This document shows positions 1-8,355 of a stretch of DNA of 52,338 bases, piece after piece. Where the stretch lies: assembly GCA_030141605.1 (NCBI GenBank), contig JAQGDQ010002415.1:6581-58918 (forward strand), given 5' to 3'. The position numbers were made by a program, and so were the translations under genes. The notes under the pieces were generated by a model. The model made no database searches and was not told the origin of the DNA. It saw only the letters and a list, made by a program, of their open reading frames with translations. Position 1 is the first letter of the stretch. The number at the start of each line of letters is the position of its first letter. This stretch comes from Tubiluchus corallicola (Eukaryota; Animalia; Priapulida).

Positions 1-1
1 C

Positions 2-2845
2 AGCCCCGCCCATTATATACCCAAACATTTCCCAACCTTTAGCATCATTAGCCTCTCCTATCTTGTAGCCACTATATCCTCCTATTATTGCTCCTACAAC
101 GGCTGCTGCTAAAAATATCCACTCCCCATCAGGATCTACAAACATCATAGGGCTATTGCCCATAGCTTGGTAAGGTGAGTGCATCTGCAAAGCAGGATCT
201 ACTGCAAACCACCTTCCCAAATTAGCATCGTACTGTCGTGCGTGAAAATCGTGCAAGTTAATATTAAAATACTCCAAATGCTCCTTGCCCGTGTAGAGGT
301 ATTGGCTTTTTACATTATCAGGTAGTTCATTTCTACTTAGTTTCTCTATCGTTTGTCCATAAGGGTAGTAAGCCGTTTCTTGTAGCACCTCGCCCTTGTT
401 GTCAGCAACTACTCGTGTATGCCCCAAGTGGTCGGTGAGTAACACTGCCTTTGTGTCCTCTTCCTCACCCTTCAAGGTATAGCCTAAAGGGTTACTCACA
501 AGTACAAGCGTATCATTAATATACAGATACGCACCTTGATAATCGTATTTTAGCAAGAGGCTATCGTTTTTGTTAAATATCTCACGTCTTAAAAGTGAGC
601 CATCCGCTATGTAGGTGTTTACTATCTTTCCTTTGCCTACTACCTCCATTGTATCAGGTAGGTTGATGTCGTTGTAGCTAATACGTAGTCCCTTGTAGCT
701 ATCCTCCACCAAGTTACCCAACTCATCATAAGTATAAGTGCCTAGCACTTCTTCGGGTGTTTGGTCTTTTTCATCGTGCGTTCTGCGTAGGTTCTCTTGT
801 ATGGCAAGGGTGTCTTTTAGGTCTATAATGCCGTCACCATCCGCATCCATATAGCTAAACTGTGGGGTACTGGTAATAGTTGTGTAGGGCTTCCACTCCG
901 TGCCTTGCTCATCTTCGTCCCTTGGGGTGGCTGTGCTTCCATAGTGCAAGCCCAATGGCAATATGTCGGCTGGCTCTACTAAGCCGCTATTGTCCATATC
1001 ACCCGGATATACTGTTATCTTTTGCAGGCTTTTACGGTGTAGAGTGGTGAGTTGGTTGCCCGTGTATTCATACTCCAAATCATCCAAGTCGCCATACACT
1101 TCATTACGTAGATGTCCCTTGCGGTGTAGGGTAGTAATGTTCCCGTGTTTGTCGTAAGAGTAAGCTGTGTTGTAAGTGTTCTCCTCTTTTGTGTCTTGGT
1201 AGTAGATAGCTCTTGTCAGTTGGTTAGCATCGTCATAAGAGAAGGCATAGCCTGATAGGGGTGTGTTTTTGGTCTTCCACTCCATAGCTGTAATGTTGCC
1301 GTTGTACATAGGGGTGTTGCTCATATACTCGTGAGGCTCGTCATACTCTATCCTTTCGTAAAAAAGCTGTTCGTTTTTGTCGTTGTTAGTTTCTATTTGG
1401 GTAAGGCGGTAGTGGAAGTCGTAATGGTAGTTTGTTCTTATTTGTCCTTCATACAGTCGTTCATAGCTTTTGTTGCCTTTTTCATCGTAGCGGTAATAGG
1501 CTATTTCATAGGTGTTTTTGTCTCCCTGCTCTTGGTAGTGGATGGATTTCAACATGTCGTTGTGGTAGTATTGGTAATCCTTACGTGCAAAGTGTTGCTT
1601 GTCAAAGTCTAAGAAGTTTTTGTAGGTAAATAGTTGTCTTACTCTGCCATCGAAATGGTAGTTGGTAAATACTGCGTCTATTCCGCCTATGTTGTTGGAG
1701 GAGAAGGATTGTACTACTCTGTTGTATTTGTCGTAGTATATTACGCTTTCTATCCATTGGTCGGTGCCAAGTATGCGGGTTCGTGTGCCTGTTACTTGTG
1801 TCTTTACGTTGTGATAGGGCTTGCCAAGGGGTTCGTAGGGTGGTGCTGACTGTGCAAAGGGGAAGTCGTAGTCGTCGTAGTGGGTTTCTGATAGGGGTAT
1901 CTTTTTTCCGTCTTTTTTTATGCCTGTGGCTATTACGCGGCTGTAGCGGTCGTAGTCTATGTAGGAGGTGTTGCCTTCTGTGTCTTCTTCTTCTATCAGT
2001 CTGTCTAAGTGGTCGTAGCTAAGGTGTATGGTACCTGCTTGTGGTATGTGTTTGCGGATAAGGCGTCCTTTTTTGTCGTGGATGAATTGATAGACGTAAT
2101 GGTGATTGTTGATATCTCCTTTGGATAGTGGGGGGAGTATGGCGGTAAGGTTGCCATAGTGAAAGTCGTAGTAGTAGAGTGTGGTTAGGGTTTCTTTGTT
2201 TATCTGGCTTTCTCTTTTGAATAGTTGACCTTTGTATGAGGTGTATGTGGTGTGTTGTATGCCTTGAGGGTCGGTGGTACTGACTATGCTTATGTAGCCG
2301 GGGGGGTATTTTTTGTCTTCGTATTTTTCGGTGAATGCGTCATATTCTTTGTGTAGGAAGATGTCGGTGTTGGCGTAGCGTTCAATTTTGGTAGTGTGGT
2401 TTGTGCCTATTTGGTATTTCTGTCCAAAGCCACCTTGTTCTATTACTTGACCGCGTGGGTTGAATATGCTTTGTGCGCTGGGTATGTCTGTGTGGGCTTG
2501 GTTTAGTATGTTTTCCCAGTTGTGTAGGTAGTCGCCTTTGATGTTGAGTTGCATTGGCATATAGCTAAAGGGTTGTCTGCCTGCTATGTCGTATTTATGA
2601 AATTCTATGTGGTCGTTTTGGTAGATGGAGGCGTTCAGGTGGTTGGTTTGTAGGGGGCGGTCGGCTCCATCGGTGTAGATAATGGTGGTTGAGGCTGCTG
2701 CTGGGTTGGTGGTATTGCTTAGCTCATAGGCACTCATCCCTGATACTTTTGCTCGTTTTATGCGCACGTAGTTTTGGTCTCGGCTCTGCGGGTACAGAAC
2801 GCTGCACAAGTGCAGAAAGGCCAAGAGTAAAGCAATGGGTCTCAT
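2..2845 (-). CDS. DUF6443-type Rhs repeat-associated core toxin, 3' end beyond window edge; internal dockerin-like insert
   Basis: Translated by hand from ATG at 2845, no stop seen before the window edge, which explains its absence from the ORF track. Signal peptide MRPIALLLAFLHLCSVLYPQ; DUF6443-like IYTDGADRPLQ and ILPP; YD repeats; YNGNITAMEW; Rhs core LTDHLGHTRV..YYPYG..YLYTGKE..HARQYDANLGRWFAVDP..SPY..GNSPMMFVDPDGE. Confidence 0.93.
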   Translation of the reverse strand, partial: MRPIALLLAFLHLCSVLYPQSRDQNYVRIKRAKVSGMSAYELSNTTNPAAASTTIIYTDGADRPLQTNHLNASIYQNDHIEFHKYDIAGRQPFSYMPMQLNIKGDYLHNWENILNQAHTDIPSAQSIFNPRGQVIEQGGFGQKYQIGTNHTTKIERYANTDIFLHKEYDAFTEKYEDKKYPPGYISIVSTTDPQGIQHTTYTSYKGQLFKRESQINKETLTTLYYYDFHYGNLTAILPPLSKGDINNHHYVYQFIHDKKGRLIRKHIPQAGTIHLSYDHLDRLIEEEDTEGNTSYIDYDRYSRVIATGIKKDGKKIPLSETHYDDYDFPFAQSAPPYEPLGKPYHNVKTQVTGTRTRILGTDQWIESVIYYDKYNRVVQSFSSNNIGGIDAVFTNYHFDGRVRQLFTYKNFLDFDKQHFARKDYQYYHNDMLKSIHYQEQGDKNTYEIAYYRYDEKGNKSYERLYEGQIRTNYHYDFHYRLTQIETNNDKNEQLFYERIEYDEPHEYMSNTPMYNGNITAMEWKTKNTPLSGYAFSYDDANQLTRAIYYQDTKEENTYNTAYSYDKHGNITTLHRKGHLRNEVYGDLDDLEYEYTGNQLTTLHRKSLQKITVYPGDMDNSGLVEPADILPLGLHYGSTATPRDEDEQGTEWKPYTTITSTPQFSYMDADGDGIIDLKDTLAIQENLRRTHDEKDQTPEEVLGTYTYDELGNLVEDSYKGLRISYNDINLPDTMEVVGKGKIVNTYIADGSLLRREIFNKNDSLLLKYDYQGAYLYINDTLVLVSNPLGYTLKGEEEDTKAVLLTDHLGHTRVVADNKGEVLQETAYYPYGQTIEKLSRNELPDNVKSQYLYTGKEHLEYFNINLHDFHARQYDANLGRWFAVDPALQMHSPYQAMGNSPMMFVDPDGEWIFLAAAVVGAIIGGYSGYKIGEANDAKGWEMFGYIMGGA

Positions 2846-2861
2846 CTCTTTTATTGTTTGT

Positions 2862-5123
2862 TTATTTAACTCTCATTATAAAGGCTAATACGTAGTAGGG
2901 AGGTATAATATCAAAATTATCAGTAGTTACTTTGTCTGCTGGCGATTTTAACCCGTCCTCTCCTCCATTGCTTACTCTACCACTAAAAGAACTATTCGGG
3001 TGGGTGTGTCTATCTTCATTATTCTCAGATGTAGTAGTAGCATCTCTGGTTTCATGAACTCCTCTATCAGAGCTCCTGCTACCTCCTGTCTTTCTATTAG
3101 ATGGAGTGGATTCATAAGTATGTGTATGACTCCCTGAAGAGGTTATATGTATACTTGCGTCATTGCCTCTTACAGAATGATGATGTTTAGGAATATGATT
3201 CTTAGATAATCTAAATGTAGCTGTAGAGCTACTGCTGCCTCCTTCTGCATTCACATTGTTATAATCACCACTGGCAGCATCATACGCCACAATAAACCTA
3301 CCACTTAAGTTGGGGGTCGTTATGAGTGAACCATTAATATCCGTGTCTGTTCTACCATCACACAAAGCCCACCCATCAGGTATAGTATTAGGGTCTCCGC
3401 TCCACATTATAATGCCTCCTATGGGTATGGTGCCGTAGCCTACAAATTGTCCTTGTGTTTCAATATTGTCTTCTGCTATTATTTTGCCTTCTGTGGCAAT
3501 ATCATTGGCAGTTTGTATGCTTTCTACAAAAAGGGTATCTACTTCTACATTGGAAGATATTACTCCATCTACCCTTACTACTTCACTTACTATTAATGTA
3601 TCAGCAATAATGCTACTTGTTTCTAAGTTTTCTACTTTCACATAGTTTTGTTCAAAGTCGCCCTCTATGAGTGTGTTGGTTCCACTGCCTATCATTAGTT
3701 TGTTGCTTTCGTTATTTAGGTTCTGCCCTACTTTGTTACCTATTACTATGTTGTTGTAGCCATTGTTCCCTTGTGCTGCTTTGTCTCCTATGTATATATT
3801 GCTACCACCTGTTGTATTGCTTTTGCCTGCTTCGTTGCCAATAAACACATTGCCACTAGCCGACAAGCTATTTAGCCCTGCACGGTAGCCTATAGCTATG
3901 TTGTCATTGTTGGAAGTAGCATCTGGGTTTATACCTTGCAGTGCCTCTGTGCCAATAACTACATTTCGCTCTCCACTGCTTTTTTCGGCTGCTTTGCTAC
4001 CTATCACCACACTATAATTGTTTGCTCCTTCTCGACTAGCGTATTTTCCTATGACTACTGCACCTGTGCTGTTTTTTGCTTTGGATGCTTTACTACCTAC
4101 AATTACATTATCAGAGGATAGTGTATATTTCCCTGCCTCGTCGCCTACAATTACATTGTGTGAGCCAGCGGAATTTAATTGCCCTGCCTCTGTACCTATC
4201 ATTACATTAGAGGTAGAGGCTTGTGTGGTGTTTTGTCCTGCTCTTTTACCTACAAAGGTGTTGCGTTCGCCTTGTTCTCCACTGTTAATCTTTTCTGAGC
4301 CTATCAATACGTTGGTAGTATCTATCTCTATACTGCCTGCTATCATATCTTCTAAGGCTTGATTGTTGAGACGGTAAGGCTCGTTCCACGCTCCATAAGT
4401 AGTATCGCCATTTATATCTATTTCTATAAGGCGCAACTTTGCCCATAGGTCGCCTTCCTTTCGTTCTAAGGTCCAATTAGAAGTAGCCGCACTATCAGGA
4501 GCATACATCTTTTCAACTGAGCAAGGGTCTATGGTTACCTCCAATTTACCATCCACTATTTGCAGTGTATTACCCAATACTACGCCTCCTCTGGTGCTAT
4601 GGCTAGCAATAGGTAGTTCATAATAGTTGGCATTGTTTTCTACCGAAAGTAGTTTGGCCAACAAACTATCAGCAAAGTTATTGTCCGAGTATGTAGCACG
4701 ATGCTCTATGCCTAGTAGCTTTTGATAGAGGCTATCTATAAAGTTATGCTCAGTGTAGTTCAGACTGTCTAACTTGATTTTAAGAACGTAAGTAAAATTT
4801 TCTTCGGAGTACTTAATACTGTCTAACTTTTCTTTGTGAGAAGTTGTGAAGTTGTGGTCGGTTTGTGAGGTGGCTCTTAGGTAGATAACACCTTCGCCTT
4901 GTTGCCCTTGATAGATTTCTAATCCATCCTCGCCTTCTGCTTTTATCTCATAATTGTAGGTAGCATTGATAAGGTCTTTAAAATCCTGTCCATTGGGTTT
5001 ACTACCATCTTGAAACTTGGAGTGTAATTCACTGGGGGTTTTTCTCTCTATTTGAGAATAAGCAGTGGTGTTAAGGAACACAAAAGCAATAGCAACTGCA
5101 AAAAATTTCACTGTATTTTTCAT
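2862..5123 (-). CDS. Secreted phage/eCIS-like tail fibre protein (YadA-like head repeats, tail collar domain, HxH tip)
   Basis: Signal peptide MKNTVKFFAVAIAFVFLNTTAYSQ (ATG 5123); NF..KLxxI repeats; YELPIASHSTRGGV; many N(V/T)xIG repeats; collar IPIGGIIMWSG..IPDGWALCDG..TPNLSGRFI; HxH motifs; terminal PPYYVLAFIMR. Confidence 0.85.
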   Translation of the reverse strand: MKNTVKFFAVAIAFVFLNTTAYSQIERKTPSELHSKFQDGSKPNGQDFKDLINATYNYEIKAEGEDGLEIYQGQQGEGVIYLRATSQTDHNFTTSHKEKLDSIKYSEENFTYVLKIKLDSLNYTEHNFIDSLYQKLLGIEHRATYSDNNFADSLLAKLLSVENNANYYELPIASHSTRGGVVLGNTLQIVDGKLEVTIDPCSVEKMYAPDSAATSNWTLERKEGDLWAKLRLIEIDINGDTTYGAWNEPYRLNNQALEDMIAGSIEIDTTNVLIGSEKINSGEQGERNTFVGKRAGQNTTQASTSNVMIGTEAGQLNSAGSHNVIVGDEAGKYTLSSDNVIVGSKASKAKNSTGAVVIGKYASREGANNYSVVIGSKAAEKSSGERNVVIGTEALQGINPDATSNNDNIAIGYRAGLNSLSASGNVFIGNEAGKSNTTGGSNIYIGDKAAQGNNGYNNIVIGNKVGQNLNNESNKLMIGSGTNTLIEGDFEQNYVKVENLETSSIIADTLIVSEVVRVDGVISSNVEVDTLFVESIQTANDIATEGKIIAEDNIETQGQFVGYGTIPIGGIIMWSGDPNTIPDGWALCDGRTDTDINGSLITTPNLSGRFIVAYDAASGDYNNVNAEGGSSSSTATFRLSKNHIPKHHHSVRGNDASIHITSSGSHTHTYESTPSNRKTGGSRSSDRGVHETRDATTTSENNEDRHTHPNSSFSGRVSNGGEDGLKSPADKVTTDNFDIIPPYYVLAFIMRVK

Positions 5124-5168
5124 TATCAAATTCTGTTTTATTGGTGTATATTTATATTTTTTTCATTT

Positions 5169-8100
5169 TCAATTCTCTGTTACATATCTTATATGAAAAG
5201 TAGTGGCAGTATCGTTTCTAATATACATTTGTCCTATTCCTAACTCTTCTATGTCCAAAGGGTCGTAGGAGGCTTTGTAGTTATACTGATATTGTTCCAG
5301 AGCGTCTTCATCTTCGTTTCCTATGTTCGAAAGTCTACCAAAATCGTCATAACCATATTTTATAGTCTGCTCTTGTGAAGAAACTTCTTGTTGCAGTTGT
5401 AGTAGGTTGGTGTATGCATAATTAGAAACATACTTACCTGCATCTACAGAGTGTGTTTTGGGTAGATTACTCGAGGTGTAAGAATAGGAAATAGGCACGG
5501 CATCTTTACCAGTATATTTCAGTATGTTGCCTTTGTTGTCGTATTGGTTGAAGGTGGTTTGTAACTCATAATTATCTGCAAGGGTATTGTAAGTTTCTAT
5601 GCTTTCTACAATGTAGTCAGGGTCTTCATTGCTTCCTAATACATAGTTGATTTTTTGTCCTGATAGGAGTTTCCCGTTTTTTCTTATCTCTTGCTGTACT
5701 GGGGCAATAATATGCTTGTCCTCAAAGTATTGTTTTATAGGCTGATTGCTCTGATGCACATAAGTAATAGAAGTTTCTGTGGTCTCTACATTATCACTGG
5801 CAATTACTTTTACAGGTAGGTTTTTGTATTTACTGTATTTTTCATATTCATAGGTGGTAGTGGTAGTGATAGGCTGCCTTGCACTTTCGGCATAATCTTC
5901 GCGAATAGTCCCTTCCAAAGTTTTAGTAACTGCAGCTATATCATAGGTGCTATGACGTAAAAGATTATCATTTTTATCTATCTGTACATTGTAGCCTCCA
6001 ACAGAGTTGCTCCATTTTAAACTATAATTGTTAGAAGTTTTATTGAGTAAGTTATCTTTATTGTCATAAGTTTCTTGTTGATAGAGATAAGTCCTATACA
6101 CATCTCTGTCTGTAATGGTAGAAAAAAGCAGGTAGTAAGAACTAGAAGGATCTTGGCCTGCTATTACATCAGGTTTATTGTCTTCATCTTTGGCTGTTTT
6201 AAAGTAAGAAATAGTTTTGCCTTGTTCTTTGTTTGTCTGCATTACCTTGCCAAAACCTACTATACCCCCGCCTGTGGCTAACTGTTCGCCTCCGCCCTTA
6301 GGATAAAGTAAATAATGATAATAGTCCCAAAAACGTCCAACCTCATACTTTCTATTTCTGTTGAAAGGTATAATACCTTCCTCATAGTTATAAGTTATTT
6401 CTTCCATTACCTCTCCTTTTTCGTCATCCGTAGCTTTTATATTTTTTATAAAACAACCATATTCACTAGTATAGTAGTCGAAGGTTTTGTGCATTCCTGT
6501 AGGGTAGGTAATGGAGGAAAGCAAACCATTCTCTATATTGTTAAGCGAAGGGGCATAATTATATTCTTCGTACTCGTTTATACCCTCGAATTTTACTCTT
6601 AACATTTCCTTTAACGATGATGAATATTCTATATTCCGTTCTTCATTTTTTTCATTGCTGTCTATATCTAGCTCACTGGGGTATGTAAAGTTGTAAAAAG
6701 TAGATTTAGGACTTGTAAAATCTACATAGTAACCATAAAAATTCTGTTTGTAAGAAAGTCTATAAGGTAGTTTACTAGGGTTAATGTAATTAAATTTAAA
6801 AGGATTGATATTATCTCCATAGATGTCTTTCTCCTCTATTTCTGTAAGGAACATCCTTTGTGTAGTACCTGCTTGTTCTATAAAGAAACTACCACTGTGC
6901 CATGCATTTGTTTTAAAACGAAATGCAGGCGAGGAGGTAGTAACAGAATTATGATAATTATAAGTAAATGTATAGCTTTTAATAAAATCATCATCTTTCG
7001 TTTTTATACGTATTTCTCTAAGAAAACTACCTACCTCATCTATCATATCTTTTCTGTTTTCTACTGTAAAGAATTCTACTTTGTGGTTGCCTCCTTCTAC
7101 CTCTTGCAACATAGGGGTATGGGCTGTAACCAAACTTTTAGCAATTCCTATTTCATTACGAGGAACTGGGGACTCATATCTGTAAAACTTATTATCCTCT
7201 ATTTTGGGATAAGAATTCTGAATACAAACACCTGACAGCCTACTGCCTTGATAATACCGACTTGTTTGTTTTTTATAAGAAAAGGTTACTTTATCATTAA
7301 AAGCAGGTTGTATTATCTCTATTAAATGCCAAGAGGACCTATAACTATACGATTGACTACTATTGATTACACGTTTTTCCTGCAAATCCAAAGAATAAGC
7401 GGGAATTTTCTTGATTACTATCCCCAGAAAATTTCTCTTCCAAATTTCCTCAAACTTTGAAGTATAACGTACAATTTCACTTGTATTTTCTATTTCCATC
7501 TCTTCTATGGCTTCTTCTTCATAGCCAAATCTGTAAATAGTGCCATCTTCGGCAGTAATAGTAAAGCCATTAATGGTTGAAGAAGAAGCATCCATCTCTA
7601 TTTTCAGGTTGTTATCGTTGGCAAGAATATTAATTCTGTTAGAAGCGGCTCTTCTGCTAATAGTGAATTTACCGTTTAAGTTGCCACAAGAAAAATAAAA
7701 TATATCAGGGTGGAGATCGTTATCTTTCATTTCTTCGACTGATGCCCAATTATCCCAATAGCCTATCTTTTCTTTTGTTTCATTTTTACTATCTACTACA
7801 CCGTCATTATTATCTTCAATAATAGATTTTACTTGGGTTGTTTTCTCATCGGGGTAGCCTTTTACTACACGAGTAATCACTCCGCTTGCTTGTAAGTTCC
7901 ATCCCATACCTACCCAAGAAGCTAGGTCATCTACTCTTACTCCGTTGGAATGATACACCAAGCTAATGGGCACGGATAGGTGGGTACTTTTCAGGGTGTA
8001 CAAAGGAATGCCTACATTAATAGCTCCTGTGTAAAGGCTAGAGGCGGTAGAGGCAGAACGTATCAGCCCTGCTACTGTGGGTGAGGGTACAGTAACCAAA

Positions 8101-8342
8101 CTACTACTACCAGACAAGGCTCCGAACTCGTCACTGCTCATTGAAGTAGGAACACCTTTATGTAAGGATTTTAACATCAAATGACTGGTAGTATCTTCTT
8201 CTGCTGCTGTATCTTCCTGTTCAGCTGGAAGATAGGGCTGGGCAGAAGTCAAGCTAAAAGAGAAAAGAAAAAAGAAAAAAACACTCTTTCCTCTCCCATA
8301 GATACAAAATAAAGACAAAAATATAAATGCAAGTGTTTTCAT
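5169..8342 (-). CDS. YD/Rhs-repeat shell protein without toxin core (TcB-like partner of DUF6443 Rhs proteins)
   Basis: PSPTVAGL..SLYTGAINVGIPLYTL..VPISLVYHSNGVRVDDLASWVGMGWNLQASGVITRVVKGYPDE, PDIFYFS, LSSITYPTG, YDNKGNI, YGYDDFGRL; no DPxG core motif. Confidence 0.85.
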   Translation of the reverse strand: MKTLAFIFLSLFCIYGRGKSVFFFFLFSFSLTSAQPYLPAEQEDTAAEEDTTSHLMLKSLHKGVPTSMSSDEFGALSGSSSLVTVPSPTVAGLIRSASTASSLYTGAINVGIPLYTLKSTHLSVPISLVYHSNGVRVDDLASWVGMGWNLQASGVITRVVKGYPDEKTTQVKSIIEDNNDGVVDSKNETKEKIGYWDNWASVEEMKDNDLHPDIFYFSCGNLNGKFTISRRAASNRINILANDNNLKIEMDASSSTINGFTITAEDGTIYRFGYEEEAIEEMEIENTSEIVRYTSKFEEIWKRNFLGIVIKKIPAYSLDLQEKRVINSSQSYSYRSSWHLIEIIQPAFNDKVTFSYKKQTSRYYQGSRLSGVCIQNSYPKIEDNKFYRYESPVPRNEIGIAKSLVTAHTPMLQEVEGGNHKVEFFTVENRKDMIDEVGSFLREIRIKTKDDDFIKSYTFTYNYHNSVTTSSPAFRFKTNAWHSGSFFIEQAGTTQRMFLTEIEEKDIYGDNINPFKFNYINPSKLPYRLSYKQNFYGYYVDFTSPKSTFYNFTYPSELDIDSNEKNEERNIEYSSSLKEMLRVKFEGINEYEEYNYAPSLNNIENGLLSSITYPTGMHKTFDYYTSEYGCFIKNIKATDDEKGEVMEEITYNYEEGIIPFNRNRKYEVGRFWDYYHYLLYPKGGGEQLATGGGIVGFGKVMQTNKEQGKTISYFKTAKDEDNKPDVIAGQDPSSSYYLLFSTITDRDVYRTYLYQQETYDNKDNLLNKTSNNYSLKWSNSVGGYNVQIDKNDNLLRHSTYDIAAVTKTLEGTIREDYAESARQPITTTTTYEYEKYSKYKNLPVKVIASDNVETTETSITYVHQSNQPIKQYFEDKHIIAPVQQEIRKNGKLLSGQKINYVLGSNEDPDYIVESIETYNTLADNYELQTTFNQYDNKGNILKYTGKDAVPISYSYTSSNLPKTHSVDAGKYVSNYAYTNLLQLQQEVSSQEQTIKYGYDDFGRLSNIGNEDEDALEQYQYNYKASYDPLDIEELGIGQMYIRNDTATTFHIRYVTEN

Positions 8343-8355
8343 TTGTTAAAACCTC

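Noticed and set aside
1-2845. Rhs gene as a pseudogene because no ORF is listed
   Set aside because: Homopolymers checked by hand (G7 near 2300, G6 near 2130, A6 near 1360) keep the frame; the ORF simply has no stop inside the window
963-2895. Plus-strand Val/Leu/Cys-rich ORFs in the ORF track
   Set aside because: Antisense shadows of the Rhs gene, produced by its skewed codon usage
2862-5123. Prophage or complete eCIS/T6SS locus
   Set aside because: No integrase, capsid, terminase, sheath, tube, VgrG or PAAR genes in the window, and the fibre has a signal peptide
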